In this document: one piece after another, positions 1 through 13,690 of the stretch | How the letters are laid out: every line of letters begins with the position of its first letter | How positions within the stretch are numbered: the stretch's first letter is position 1 | Source of the DNA: the human T2T-CHM13v2.0 reference genome, Homo sapiens | DNA: 64,000 bases | NCBI RefSeq assembly: GCF_009914755.1 | Contig: NC_060927.1 | Strand: one strand, 5' to 3' | The notes under the pieces: model-generated | Told to the model about the DNA's origin: nothing | Seen by the model: the letters and a program-made list of their open reading frames with translations, nothing else | The model's database searches: none | Translations under genes and position numbers: made by a program

Positions 1-699
1 TCCTGAGAATTTGAAACTTGGTTTGGAGAGTCGAGGAGTACTTGGAGCCCACTGATCCAGTGCAGGTGCTCTAGAAGAGCAGAACCATTTTCTGAGGTTC
101 CAGGGCTTCTCTGATTGAAGATCTTTGTGAGGTTTGCTGCATAACTCTCCCTTGGATTCACAGAGACACCCTAGTAGATTTCACAGAAGTCTTTTGCTTC
201 TTTCTTAGGTAAGCCCGATTCATTTTTCATGTTTGAACAGAAAGACTTTTAGCTAACTCTGCAGCAGGAGCAAAAATGATAAGAGGAGAAGAAAAATGAG
301 GGAGGCAACAATGCGTAAGAGGCTGTGGCTGCCCCTCTTTTCCAGTTGCCAGCACCTAGGTCCTGGATGCACAGGTAAACAGTGTCCGAAAACTCCCTGG
401 ATAATGGCCATCACTCCCCAGACCCCTGACTTGCCCTTGCAATCCCTGGCAGCTTTTAGAAATGAGGTCTGGCTATGAATTTAAGACTCTTCTGCAAAGA
501 CTTGTATAACCCTTAAAAAAAAAATCCCTCTCAGAACTCAACCAAAAGTGAGAACACAAGAATAGGGGCGGGGAGCCGAAGAAAAATCAACTCTACTTAC
601 TATTCTTAGGAATGACAACTGCAGGCCACTTTTTGCAACTTACTGTCAGGTCTGGAGGGTAGGGGAGACACTGATATATTTCGTGAGCTCAGAATGGTT

Positions 700-885
700 A
701 AGGGCAAAGGCCCTTGGTTAAAATACTGGCTGTACCACTTACTATTAGGAATTTTGGCAAATTTATTACTCTCTTTCACAAGGCTTCCATTTTCTCATTT
801 GTAAATGGGAAATAATAGTGCCTATATTTTTTATTTGAAATATCAAATTAGGTAATGTCGGGCAAGTAGTAAAACTTCAATACAT
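700..885 (+). mobile_element. MIR SINE remnant
   Basis: Degenerate MIR core (..ttttctcatttgtaaatgggaataatagtgcct..); boundaries approximate. Confidence 0.6.
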
Positions 886-1346
886 GTTAGTTTCTGCCAT
901 TTTTTTTTTTTTTTGTAGAACTACATGAGATAGCCAACAGTTGTTGCTGATCTATGAAATGGCAATTTTGCATAATTCTTTTACCTTGATTATTTTCTAA
1001 AGCGGTCATGAGACAAAATGTAGATGTCTCAATATCTGAGACAGGTATAAAAGAAAGGCAAAGAAACAGAACGGGTCCAGAGTGAAGTATGTCTGTATCT
1101 CCACCAGCAGGTTCATATCCCTCAAACCTGCACATTGCATGTCTGTTGAATGAGATACCGCTGCTCCTGACTCTTCATCCAGTAACATCCTTTTCTCAGG
1201 CCATGGGAACCACTATACAACTTAGGACTAGGGTAGCTCCAAGGGGTATATTTTTATTACCCCAAGGTAAGGCTGTGATTTTCCTTGCTTCACAAGCTGG
1301 AACGTAGGAAGTGTTCCTCATAAACAGATTTTTAAATTGATGGTTA

Positions 1347-1780
1347 TGATCTGAGACAGGTCTCAATCAATTTTGGGATTTATTTTATCAAGGTGTTAAG
1401 GACATGCCCAGAAGAAAAAAAAAACAAAACACGGGTGTACAGAAACATGGTCTGTGTCCATTTCCAAAGGTGAATCTGAGGGCTTTAATATTTAGAGTGG
1501 GCTGGAGTGGAAAGAGGAAGGGTATGGTAATCCGCATGTTGCAAGGGAAAAGGAGCAGATAGGAGGCTAATCAATTAGGTCTCCTGCTCAGTAAATCAGC
1601 ACTTTACATAAGGCAAGGCGAACATGGAGTAGCTACCTGTAGAGAGATTTAACCTTTTATCTGTAGCTATCTGGTTAGGAACAAAAGGAAAGGCATTTTC
1701 TTGCATGACTTGGCTTTCAGCTTAATTTCTTCCTTTTGGCCTAGTGAATTGGGGTCCTGAGGTTTTATTTTCCTTTCACG
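1347..1780 (-). mobile_element. ERV1 solo LTR, MER4 family
   Basis: Minus strand begins (C)GTGAAAGGAAAATAAAACCTCAGGACCCCAATTCACT, like MER4, and ends in CA. 4-bp TSD GTTA at 1343-1346 and 1781-1784. Confidence 0.8.
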
Positions 1781-1986
1781 GTTACATCCTCTAACTATCC
1801 ATTAAGTCTTATACTTCAAGTCATTTATGATTGATCTTTATGACTTGCACTGGGAATCTAACTACTACCTGGATGATTGTTCTTTGGAATAAATATATTT
1901 GAAGTCAAAACGAGACTCCAAATCAGTTTTTGGAGCACAAATAATTATTATTAGGCGGAACTGATATACAGTCATGTTTTCCATAC

Positions 1987-2221
1987 CTTCTTCTGCAGAG
2001 AACACTGTTGTCACTGGGCTAAATGGTCCTTCACCTTTGTTATTATAAACACCCACTTTAACTTCATATGGTGAATATGGCACGATGCTTTCATTCCTAA
2101 AGACATATCTTGGGGTGTCAGGGGATGTCACCACTGTCTGGATCCAGGTGGTAACCCCAAGAGGGCGGAAAGCAACAACATACCCAAAACCTTCACCATT
2201 CTGTAGTTCTTCAGGGACTGG
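1987..2221 (-). CDS. CNTN3: Contactin-3 coding exon (235 nt), remainder of FNIII repeat 2
   Basis: Acceptor ctttatag|CCA, donor AAG|GTATGG. Translates [78 protein letters not shown]. Confidence 0.97.
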
Positions 2222-2620
2222 CTATAAAGGAAAGACATACTGAATCACCCTTACACATAAGGGCAAGGCAAAAATGAATGCAGCTGTAATCCACAGGCAT
2301 TTATTTGTAAAAGTCATCAAATAATCATCTACATTGTATTAAGCAGTTGCATGAAAAAAGGAGAAAAACATCAGCAGGAGAGTCATGTCAGCTGCTTTTA
2401 AACAGACATATGTCACCATTTCATAGCCATCCAGATAATGAACTGGAATTTTCTGTGATTATTCAGTTAGCTGATCATCTTATGGCTCAAGTCTGAGTTT
2501 CTAATAGGAAGATATACTTTCAGTTGAAAATATCTGATCTCTTAAGCCAAATAAAAATTATCTAATTCTTAATGTTGACTTTATGAGAAGAAATATTAAA
2601 ATGGTGATTAAGAACAATTA

Positions 2621-2953
<333 letters not shown>

Positions 2954-2971
2954 TTATAAATTAATGAATTA

Positions 2972-3252
<281 letters not shown>

Positions 3253-3544
3253 ATATTAACGAATTAAACTCAAAGCTATACTTGAGTCGTGTCAAAAATT
3301 TTGTTGACACATCATCAGCATCTTCAAAAAATGCAGGTAATTCTAGTACTTTTTGACTTCAAACCTATTAACCTTTTTCCTACTGATGATGTAAACCAAT
3401 GGCTGGGAGAATGGCCAGGAAAGAAACAAACTCAAGCACCTGTTGGAATAGGTGACTTCACCAGTGGGGGCTGCACAGCTGCTTGGAAAGTCATAAGGGG
3501 AGCTTGAGGGGCAACAGCCGCAACATAACTCATCTCTATGTCTA

Positions 3545-3690
3545 CCAACCAGGTGACCCTGAGCAAATTATTTCTTATATCTGAGCCTGAGTATTTTCAT
3601 CTGTAAATTGTTGCAAGGATGACATGAGGAAAATACATGCTAAATGCTGGGAATAGTGGATGGCTCAGAGAAAGTATCAAAAAATATTAG
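3545..3690 (+). mobile_element. MIR SINE remnant
   Basis: gtgaccctgagcaaatt..ctgagcctgagtattttcatctgtaaa matches the MIR core. Confidence 0.65.
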
Positions 3691-3702
3691 CTACTAGGGC
3701 TA

Positions 3703-3830
3703 CAACCACCACCACCAGCCCCACTACCACTAATCCCACCATCACCACCTATATTACCACCAGCAGCAGCAGCACCCACCAGCCACACCCCCAGCACTAC
3801 CACCACCACCTGCACCATTGGCACCACCAC
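3703..3830. repeat. Degenerate (CAC/CAG)n trinucleotide low-complexity tract
   Basis: accaccaccaccagcc..cagcagcagcagc..caccaccacc seen directly. Confidence 0.9.
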
Positions 3831-3897
3831 CTGGGAAGCCATAATGATCATGGGAACAGCAAGACCCTGATGGGGAAGATGCTGCCCAAACACTTAC

Positions 3898-3968
3898 ATC
3901 CCAGGTTATCACAAGTTCAGACCGGCTTCCGCCTCCTCCATTGACTTCAGAAGGAGGCACTTCTGGAA
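3898..3968 (-). CDS. CNTN3: Contactin-3 coding exon (71 nt), start of FNIII repeat 2
   Basis: Acceptor ctgtatag|TT, donor GAT|GTAAGT. Translates (V)PEVPPSEVNGGGGSRSELVITWD. Confidence 0.96.
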
Positions 3969-5427
3969 CTATACAGGTCAGAGAAACAGAGATGAAATGG
4001 TACTTGCATTTAGTAATATTTATCTAAAAGATAATGCAATGTTTTTTTAATATTTAAAATAATTTCATCATTGGCACATGATTCATACATATGGGTGTTT
4101 ATGTACATATACTTATATATTATATGCATTTATATATTTTTATGAGATCATCAAACAACATATTTACATGAAATCATAAAAAAATTCAAAATCTCTCAAA
4201 CAGTAATAAAAACATGACCAAGTTGGAAGATACTTTGCTAGTATGAGACTTAAAACAAGAAAAAGTGATTCACTGGAGATGATGGGAAATCAATCCAGCA
4301 TGAATGTTTAGCTTGTGACTATTCCAAGTAGAATATAATTCTGAGAACAACATTGGCTATATGTAAGGATGACCCAGACTCAAACCCTCGAATCTTGTTT
4401 TGAGGTATTATTTATAAACTTCACAGGGGCATCAGATTCTCACACTGAGAACTCTAGGCTTAGTGAACCCCATGACACAGCTAGAATAGAAGTCCCATGA
4501 AGGTGGGTCTTTGGTATGGTCACAGCTGTACTTGCAATGTCTAGAAAGTGCTGAGCACAGAGAGGATGCTCCCTAAAATATGTGTTGTGTGAACAAATGA
4601 CCAGAACACCAGGGCAAGCACAGTTCCTCTATTTCTCATATTTCCTAGCATAAACATTATGTGCATTGTTCTGAGTGAAACAGCATCATGAAAATTACTG
4701 AAACATATTTGATGACTTCCATCTTAGCTGAGTTCCTAAAGTGATACACCAGCTCTATTTCAAACTTCATTTTAGTTAATATTAAATAATATTACAGATT
4801 CTGAAAAGGCAATCTTTAGGTCTCAATTGTCCCTATAATGTGATGCTATGTACACTTTCTAGTTTGAGTTTTAATGCTAGGATATTTCTAGAATAATAAA
4901 AGCAGTCTTATGGTCTATGTGAATAGTTGTCTCACATGGAAATTCCTATCAATGATTTTTTCTTAATTCAACACTTGAAGTGACAAAATATACCTATTCA
5001 TCAATTGCTTAAGCTCCTTCACTAAGCTTGGTGGCAAAATGAGATTTCCTAGCAGCAGAACTCCCAAATGTCATTATCCTACCAATTTGCCAATGCTTGT
5101 TATAAATGAAAACAGCACTTCCCTTGTTAACAGGGTAACTATGTCAGACAGTAATTATAACCTTAAGTGACAAAAGCATATTCACTCACATGCACTAATG
5201 ATCATTTACAATGGACTGAACTCTTGGAAATGTCATACTACATCAGAGTCACTTACATGTGTTTCTTTTGACAAATGCCATATGGCCAGTTCTGCCATTA
5301 GAAAGGTTAGATAACTGCAACAATGGATTATTGAGGCTGACCCCCTGCTGGCCTGGAGTTCAGGGCCAAGGGAAATGGAAGTACACAGAAATCTATTAAT
5401 CCATTACTCAGAAAAAAAAACACTAAC

Positions 5428-5577
5428 CTGCCTCTTCAGTTCTTACTTTTTCTGAGGGTAAACTTGGTTCTCCACCTCCAATTTTGTTACTGGCTACAAC
5501 CCGAAATTCATATTCCACCCATGGGTTTAACTCAACTACAGTGGCTGTGTGCGTCTTCCCATCGATGACCTCAGGCA
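5428..5577 (-). CDS. CNTN3: Contactin-3 coding exon (150 nt), second half of FNIII repeat 1
   Basis: Acceptor tttgtag|TG, donor CAG|GTTAGT. Translates (V)[49 protein letters not shown] (FNIII LxPxxxYxFRV motif). Confidence 0.97.
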
Positions 5578-5676
5578 CTACAAAGGAATATTTCAGAGGT
5601 AAGAGTCTGCCTGCTTTAGCATTGACTTGAAATCCATTTATATGTGTGCAGATGACATCTGCCTCTCCTGCTTTAC

Positions 5677-5835
5677 CTGTTGTGACGGTTTGCCAACCCA
5701 CGGAGAAAGGTGTCCGAGCCTGGATAGAATAGGATATAACTGGGCTATGGTTGTCTTTACCTTCTTTCCAAGAGAGTTGGGCTGTTGTGTCTGTAATTTC
5801 ATCTACCTTCACATTTTCTGGTGGTCCAGGTGAAC
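5677..5835 (-). CDS. CNTN3: Contactin-3 coding exon (159 nt), first half of FNIII repeat 1
   Basis: Acceptor cttag|GT, donor CAG|GTAAAG. Translates (G)[52 protein letters not shown]. Confidence 0.97.
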
Positions 5836-6719
5836 CTAAGGAAGGCACAAATGGAAACATTGAGTAGCAGTTCCATAAATGTCATCCTCTCCTATCAAAG
5901 AGAAGAGAATGTCACATGACCACTTCAATATCTCTGACTTTTCCCAATTTCAGAAGCACTTAGGGAAAAGGCCATTTACCTGGTAATAGAACAACTACTT
6001 CCCTCTACTCTCCCTCCCCGCATTTCTGTTGTTAGATCTTAAATTTGGATGTGAGGCAGTAATTCCCAAACCATAATACTCTCTGATTGCAGATGATATT
6101 CACTTTTAAAAGCCTCTGTTCAGCAGGATTCCTGTACCTTTCTAAATTCAATGTCCTCTGCTCCTGGTGTGATGCCTTTCCCTTTAATCCACTGGTGTAT
6201 CTCTGTAGTTCCCAATCTGATATCTAGATGTGTTTTATTTTATGACACACTCTGGTCATTTTTCAGCCCAGTAGCAAATCAGTATCCTGGGCAGCAGCTC
6301 AGGTTGGCAAATTTTCTCAGTCATTCTGAATAATCCTGATACTTTTTTTGTATTTTTAGAAAAATGTCCTGCATACAATTATTCCCAAATCCTGATTATT
6401 TTGGAAGCAAACACACTGCACAATATTCTCTCTCAAATTAAATACAATCACTGAATTAATGACATGCTCAAGAACACATCAGCTTGGCAGCAGCTGTGGA
6501 ATGCCAATTACAGTGAGAGCTATTTGAAGGGCAGAGTTGAGATTTTTATTTCTTTGAATTAGCACTCACCCCTATTGTCATATTCTGTGGTCTATGAGGG
6601 GGGATGAAATCAATATTATAACTCGTATGCTCACATACTATCTCATCATGGTTTTTCCTCCAGTAAGGAATGCTGTTAAGATGTGAAGTGACAAACTCAA
6701 GGGGGCATAAATGTTTTAC

Positions 6720-6837
6720 CTCTTACTATGAGGTCAGCAGCAGATGAAACACTGTCCACCCCCGTTTGCACCATACAAACATATTTCCCACTGTGTTTCA
6801 GCTGAATGTTTCTGATCATTAAATCACCAGATGAACT
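6720..6837 (-). CDS. CNTN3: Contactin-3 coding exon (118 nt), C-terminal half of Ig-like domain 6; absent from the supplied ORF track
   Basis: Read manually. Acceptor caacag|AGT, donor AGAG|GTAAAA. Translates [39 protein letters not shown](G). Its phases (0 in, 1 out) fit both neighbouring exons. Confidence 0.96.
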
Positions 6838-7421
6838 CTGTTGGGAAAACAGGTAATGAATACACTGTTATTTTTTTAAAAAACACAAAGAAGTTTGAAG
6901 TCTATGGCCAAAAACAACAACATTGCAATGAAAACTATATTTAGGGAGCAAACCAAGGTGGTATAAGAGAGTAGATTGCTACAATGGAATGTATGGAAAT
7001 ATAAACAAGTTAAAAACCATACATGACTGCAGTCAAAGATTTCTGTAGCCAAATAAACAACAAGCTTCCTCCTGGGCATTTATGGTTTCAAAAATAAATA
7101 AGGGCAGAGATTACAGTCTCAGAGTCTATTTACTTGCACCAGGGTGACACTTCTTTTTATATCCACTGCTCAGCACCAGCTCAACTCTTTTCTCTGGTTC
7201 CAACCCCTTTGCAATTATCTGCCTGAGAAGAAGAGGGACACATGTGGGTATCTAGTGGGAGATAAATGCAGCATGACAAGCGGATTACCATGGTTGAAAC
7301 ACTTTTCTGAACACACTGGAGCTTAAAAAGCCTAAAGCTGTTTAATTCCTTGGCTGCAGAAGTTAGGGACAGTAAGCATGAAAGCATGAACCCCTCAATA
7401 AGAAGAAATTAAAACATTTTA

Positions 7422-7823
<402 letters not shown>

Positions 7824-9289
7824 TCAATGTTAAATGGACCTCATTTTAAGAGCATGTAAAATTGTGTTAATAAAATGACTAACTGCAAGCCAGTTTCACA
7901 CATTAGTAAAAATATGACTTGTAATAAGTCATATGATTTCGAAACCAAAGCCCTTGGAAAATGATCATCAGTTCATGTCAGAACTGGTAAAGAGAAAGAA
8001 GCAATAAGTAGCGTTTATCTTAATTAAAAGAAAAGTTTTAGTCTTGAATTTTTGTAGTATATATTGTAAGATGAATTCTACTATCCTATTTTTAGGTAAT
8101 TTCCTAAAATCTTCCATAGGGTAATTTCTTAAATATTGCTTCCCATCTTTAGGATTCTTAATGGGTTGCATGTTCTCTGTTAGTTGTATTGCATAGTTTT
8201 ACATGAAATTTGTGAGAACTGGAAGAAGACAGATGGGAAATGATTGATAGTTGTAATTAAATGATAATCCAGAAACTGTTAAGCTTGCATGTTTTACTTT
8301 CATCAAGTTAAAACTTTTTTCTTTCCCTCTCTCCCTCTCCTTCTCCTAGGGTTATTTAGAAATGTATCCCCAGGACAAAAACCTTTAATGCTTGCTGACC
8401 TTTAGAAACTCTTAGGTCTTACGAGCTTCATATATTCATAGGAGGTTGATTATCACTTCTATGGAAATCTCTCATTTTCGGTGAAAAACTGTTACTATTA
8501 AATGCCATCTAAGGCATTGGGGTAAGGTTGTTATTCTTGCCAACCTTTATTTGCTTATTTTGAAGGCATCTGGGTAAAAGAGAACTGTGTCAGGATTTTA
8601 TGTCCTCACATATCTGGATACACCTTTTAGGCACAATGGCTGGCTTTGTTTCTTGAAGGAGTAAGGAAAAGTTTGGTGGTGGACTTTTGACTTCTGTTCA
8701 CTCTTGGCACTGACAGGTGAAGACAAATAGCTGCATCATAAAAAATGAAGCCATCTTCCTAAAGAAATGTAGTCAGGGGAAATATAATTTTTAATTATCC
8801 TTTTACACTGCACAGTAGAAAAAGGAAGCAATTAACTAAAACAAGTAGAATTGGAAATGATTTTTTTTCAGCCCCAACATGGAATTGAGTGTATGAATAC
8901 ATAAAAGGAGAACACAATTTGACAGAGAATAAGAGAGATCCTCTCCTTATTTTTTGTCTCCATTAATAAAATATATTTGTATTATTCCTCTTCTAATGCT
9001 ATCTCTCTCCCACTCTATGATCTTTTAAGGGAGTACTACATAGAGACAAGATTTATCTTAACAAAAGCGCATCCATTGCTTGCTATGTTAGATTCATTCA
9101 AGGACACAGAAGTGTTTAACACATGGCCCATGCTTTCTAGGATGTAAACTCAAGTCAGGGTAAAAGGTGGTGTAAACATGTGAAACAAGTTATGTTTACA
9201 AATTTAGAAAGTGTAATCCACAAAGGTTAAATAAAATCACATGGCATATGCCATGTGTAGACGACGGCAAAATGAAAGAGACAGACACT

Positions 9290-9890
9290 TCCAAGTTCTG
9301 CTGAAGATGTGGAACTGGAACTCTTATTGCTGAAAGGAGTGTAGATTGGTACAATTACTCTGGACAATTGTTTAGAAGCATCTACGAAGGCAGGACATAC
9401 ATATAATTTATGACCCATCAATTCCATTCCTAAGTATATGCCCTACAGAATGGCATGCAGCTGTCTACCAAAAGACATTTTTTACAAGAATGTTTATAAT
9501 TATTATCCATAATAGCTAAAAATAGAAACAACCCTGTAACAGTAGAATGGACAAACAGGTAGTGGAATAATCATTTAACAAAATGCTATTAGGCCACAAA
9601 AATGAATGAACTGCAACTACACAGATCAACATGGTTGAGTTTCAAAAGCGTGAAGGATATGAACCAGATGGAAAGGAGTATTTGATCATGACCGATCATA
9701 TGAGAAGGCTGGATTGTGGCTACCTTTGGAGGTATGGTAGTTTTGGGATGAAGCACCATGAGGACATCTAGGATGCGGGTCATCTTCTGTTTCTGTTTTC
9801 AGTGCTGGTCACTTGAATGTGCTCATTTTGTGAAAATGAATTGGGCTATCCTCTTATGACTTGTTCATTTCTTGGTAGAATGCAATGCTT
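9290..9890 (+). mobile_element. Ancient L1 (L1ME-like) 3' fragment
   Basis: ..tatgacccatcaattccattcctaag..caagaatgtttata..atagctaaaaatagaaacaacc.. resembles the L1M 3' end. Confidence 0.7.
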
Positions 9891-12742
9891 ACCAAAATGC
9901 AGTTATGATTATGCACAACTATACCCCTAAATGCTCAGCTTTCAATAGGGTCATAGATGGGAGAAGTCAAGTAACATGACTGTAATTCCAAACTCCAACT
10001 TCTTTCATGGGAATTAAACATTTAATAATAGTAATTAAATTAAAATGTTATTAGCATATCTTAACATTTCTTATCAAGATGCAATTGAGTATTCCCAGGC
10101 ATTTAAGAAAAAAAAGGTAAAAGAAACTCCAAAAGGAAGTTTCACTTATGTCAAACTAATTCTTTCCCCCATCAATTTGTCATTGTTAGAGAATATAGTT
10201 AGTCATGAATTAAATGTGATAAAGGATGTGAGAGAGAAATGTCCAAAAAAAAAAAAAAAAGAAACTCGGTAAAATTAGTTGAAATGGGATGAAATAGTCC
10301 TAGATGGATTATTTACCATATTTATAAATAAACTTGCATCTAATATTTAGAAATAATAAGAAACATATTTGCCATTCTTTAGAGTATAAAATAATTCAAG
10401 TAACACAACACTAACCATCTTTGGACAAATTCTTAGAAACACTAATAATACTTTGAATAAAAAATAGCTTATCTGTTAAATTAGTTTGTCTTTGTTTGCA
10501 TTATTTTCCTAAACTTCCTTTTTCCCCACCTCCTCAAGCAGGAAGGGACCAGAATTGAGAAGGTGCAAATTCATAGCTTTATTTTCTTCTCCTCATATCT
10601 CTATTTTGCTCAAAACTTCCCCTCAAAGCCCACTAGTGTAATTCTGTTTTCCAGAAAGCACATCTTTTTTTCTATGCTGCTGTCCACAATTTACTCAGGA
10701 AAGGAGTTTTTGGAAGTGAGAGAAGTCTATTCCAGTATCTTACGTAGGAGTGTAAGAAGTAGGATATGATCCTCTAAGTCATACAAATTGAGTTCCTTTT
10801 TCAAAGCACCACTTATTAAAAATAAGATCATTCATTTAAAAACTGTTTATAAAGTAACTATTCTACTTTAGTTGCTGGGAATACGATGCTGAAGGCAAGA
10901 AAAAAGAAACAGTCCTTATGTTCATAGGGCATAGAGTTGGAAGACAGGCATTAATGAAATGACTACACAAATCAATGTAAAATTATAATGTAATGTAAAC
11001 CCAAAGTACATTGGGGGAATCTAGAACTTTTTGGGGTTTCAGTGAACTGCTCATTTGAGCTAAGATTTAACATATGAGCAGAAGTTGTCCAGGAAAAGTG
11101 GGTAAAAAAATAAACTACACTAGGGTACTTAGGCATGTGCAAAGACCTAAGGTAGGTAAGAACACGGTTTATTTGAGTAACTCAAGAAGGAGAGCTGAAT
11201 GGGGTGGACAGGGGATAGGGATGTCAGGGGTAGAGTTAATCCACAAATAGTTAATCTGTCCCCAGAAAATAAAAAGTTCACTGTAGCTGACTTCAAGTTC
11301 ATATTTACATCTTAATGACAGTAATATTTTTTCTTTTTTGTAGTTTTACAATATCTACTAAACTTAGCTAGGATTACTTTATTAGTCAATTATTTGTCCA
11401 TCTAATCACACAGGTTTGTCTTAGGAAAAAACAAATCATATTTCCATAATATGTTACAAGTATTAACAGTAAATGGATTTGTAAGCCAAAGCATCCTTGA
11501 AATAAATGCTAAGGGAAAAGCCAGTGTGTATCAAATGAAATAGGAGAGGATATGATTAACTTTTCCCCTGTATTTTCTTAGATGATGACACTAATGGAAT
11601 TTTTGATGTAATTTAAAAACCACTCTGCACTAAAGAAAGAAAACACTACCTGATTTGATAACCCATACCAGATAAAAATAAACAAGCAGAAAGATCATCA
11701 CTAATTACAGGTAGGCTGAAAATACATTGTGATATCTACCACATGCTAAAATCAAGGTTTAAAATAAACTTCGGAATTAGGGGAACCTCTTGAACCTTGC
11801 AAATATTGTACAAACTTTCAGTATAATAAATTATAAGCAAATAATGAATTCGCTAGTAAGCAATCTCAATGTAAAAGAAGCATAATTTTCCAGTTTAAGA
11901 AAAAAAATTACATTTTGATGGCTATTTGGAACCGAGGTTGAGTAAGCAGTCCTCTTTTTTTATGACTTTACACAGCCTGTTATTGCAGTGCTTCCAATAT
12001 TAATCATTCATTCCTTCACTGGGTTGCCTTCCAAACCCTGACATTACATGTAAATCATCTCCAGGTGCCTTGAAAACAGTCGAACCTGTAAGTTCCTTCT
12101 GGAACCTGGTTGGCGTTTTCCTCTGTAAGACTCCCGGAAGGAACAGGTGGTGACACGGCCCACCTCTGCATTTTTGACTACACAGATTAAACCTTGCCCC
12201 CACCAATGCCAAATGGCTGCATCAAGTTCACCTTCATTACTAATGTACGCTGCTCATCCAAAAAGCAGAAAGAATTGGCAGTCACTGAAACATGAAAACA
12301 GGCCCTAACATTGTAAACAGTTTTAATTTTTCTGACTGATTACCAGTTTCAACTGTCACATGGTTGTCTGAACAGGTGATATTTAAGACAGGTAAGATGC
12401 AATCAGTTAATATCAAAATTTGCTTGACTTTCTTGGGTACCAATAAACTGGAATAATTGCTCCATTACAGGATTTTGAGTCCCAGCTTGTTCCATCATAA
12501 GTGTTTTAAAAGAGTGACACATCAAAGATCACAAAAACTTGGTTGAAGGCACTTCATGCCTATTTTAGGTTGTGTCAAGTGCCACGGTGCCTCAAAGGTA
12601 TCTGCTTTTTAATTTCAACATCAAGTTCATATTAACAACTTGGGAATTTTTTTTTTTTCTGGCCAGTGCGATGTGTTGATTTTGATGGAGTAAGAATTGG
12701 TGATCTCAGGATGCCTAGTCTGCTGTCCCAGCAATCTTAACC

Positions 12743-13511
12743 CAGTGTTTTCTACACTTAAATCATTAGAGTCACGTCTTCACAATTGTTTTTGCCATAT
12801 CCTGGTACCAAATGTTCTATTATTACTTAATTTTTCTTAAACTGATTAACTTTCTTCAACTTAATGTGGGAATTGACATATAAAATGTATATTTTTATCC
12901 TAAATGGAAATCTGCTCACCAAAATAATAGTTACCTAGCAAAATTAATATAATGAGTAGAAAATTATATAAATAGACACTGTCCAAAATAATTTAAATGC
13001 TCACTAAGCTGGACACTGTCAAAGTCCCTGAGCCGGAGACGTTTGCTCTGTTAATTAAAGATTAGCACGTATTAGAAAATAGCTAATGACAGGCCTAATA
13101 TCATGTTTAGCCATTTATTTATTTATTATTTATTATTTATTTATTTATTTTTGAGATGGAGTTTCACTCTGTCACCCAGGCTGGAGTGCTGTGGCATGAT
13201 CTTAGCACCCTGCAACCTCCATCTCCTGGGTTCATGTGATCCTTCCACGTCAGCTTTCTGGGTAGCTGGGATGACAGGCATGTGCCACCATGCCCAGCTA
13301 ATTTTTGTATTTTTAGTAGAGATGGGGTTTCACCATATTGGCCAGGCTGGTCTTGAACTCCTGACCTCAAGTGATCCACCCGCCTTGGCCATTCTCCTTG
13401 ATTTAATCTAAATGATTGAAGTAAAATTGAAAATAGAATGACTCTCTCATTCTATATTATATTATTTAATGCTACCTGTTGAGTACAGAGTCTGTGTTTT
13501 GAAAAACACTG
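12743..13511. mobile_element. hAT-Charlie non-autonomous DNA transposon (MER113-like) interrupted by an Alu
   Basis: Terminal inverted repeats CAGTGTTTT.. (12743) and ..AAAACACTG (13511); internal tttttgccatatcc..tacca motif. Confidence 0.6.
13113..13390 (-). mobile_element. Alu (S/J-type) with (TTTA)n tail
   Basis: Reverse-strand Alu body; 5' end truncated. Confidence 0.94.
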
Positions 13512-13534
13512 TGCTATCCAGTTTGCTAAACCCA

Positions 13535-13690
13535 TTAGTTCTCAGTGCTGGCTGTACTGTAAATTCACCTGGGAAATCTTTTTAAGAAAATACCAGAAAC
13601 ACCTAGGTCACATCCAGAACAATTAGAAATTAAAATGGACTAGAAAGAGGAGACTCTCTAGGTGATTCCAATGAGCAGTTAGGGTAAAAA
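13535..13690. mobile_element. MER5-like hAT element
   Basis: gttctcagtgctggctgtac..aattcacctggg..aggtgattccaatg. Confidence 0.55.

Noticed and set aside
1-1986. Next downstream CNTN3 exon (FNIII-3)
   Set aside because: No FNIII-like coding segment recognised; the short ORFs here have no domain features.
3660-3944. 94-aa Thr/His-rich ORF and overlapping Gly-rich minus-strand ORFs
   Set aside because: Products of the (CAC)n low-complexity tract; only 3898-3968 is a real exon.
5423-5860. 145-aa ORF as a single exon
   Set aside because: It contains canonical splice sites delimiting a 99-nt intron, and the spliced product matches the FNIII pattern. Retention is reported separately as a hypothesis.
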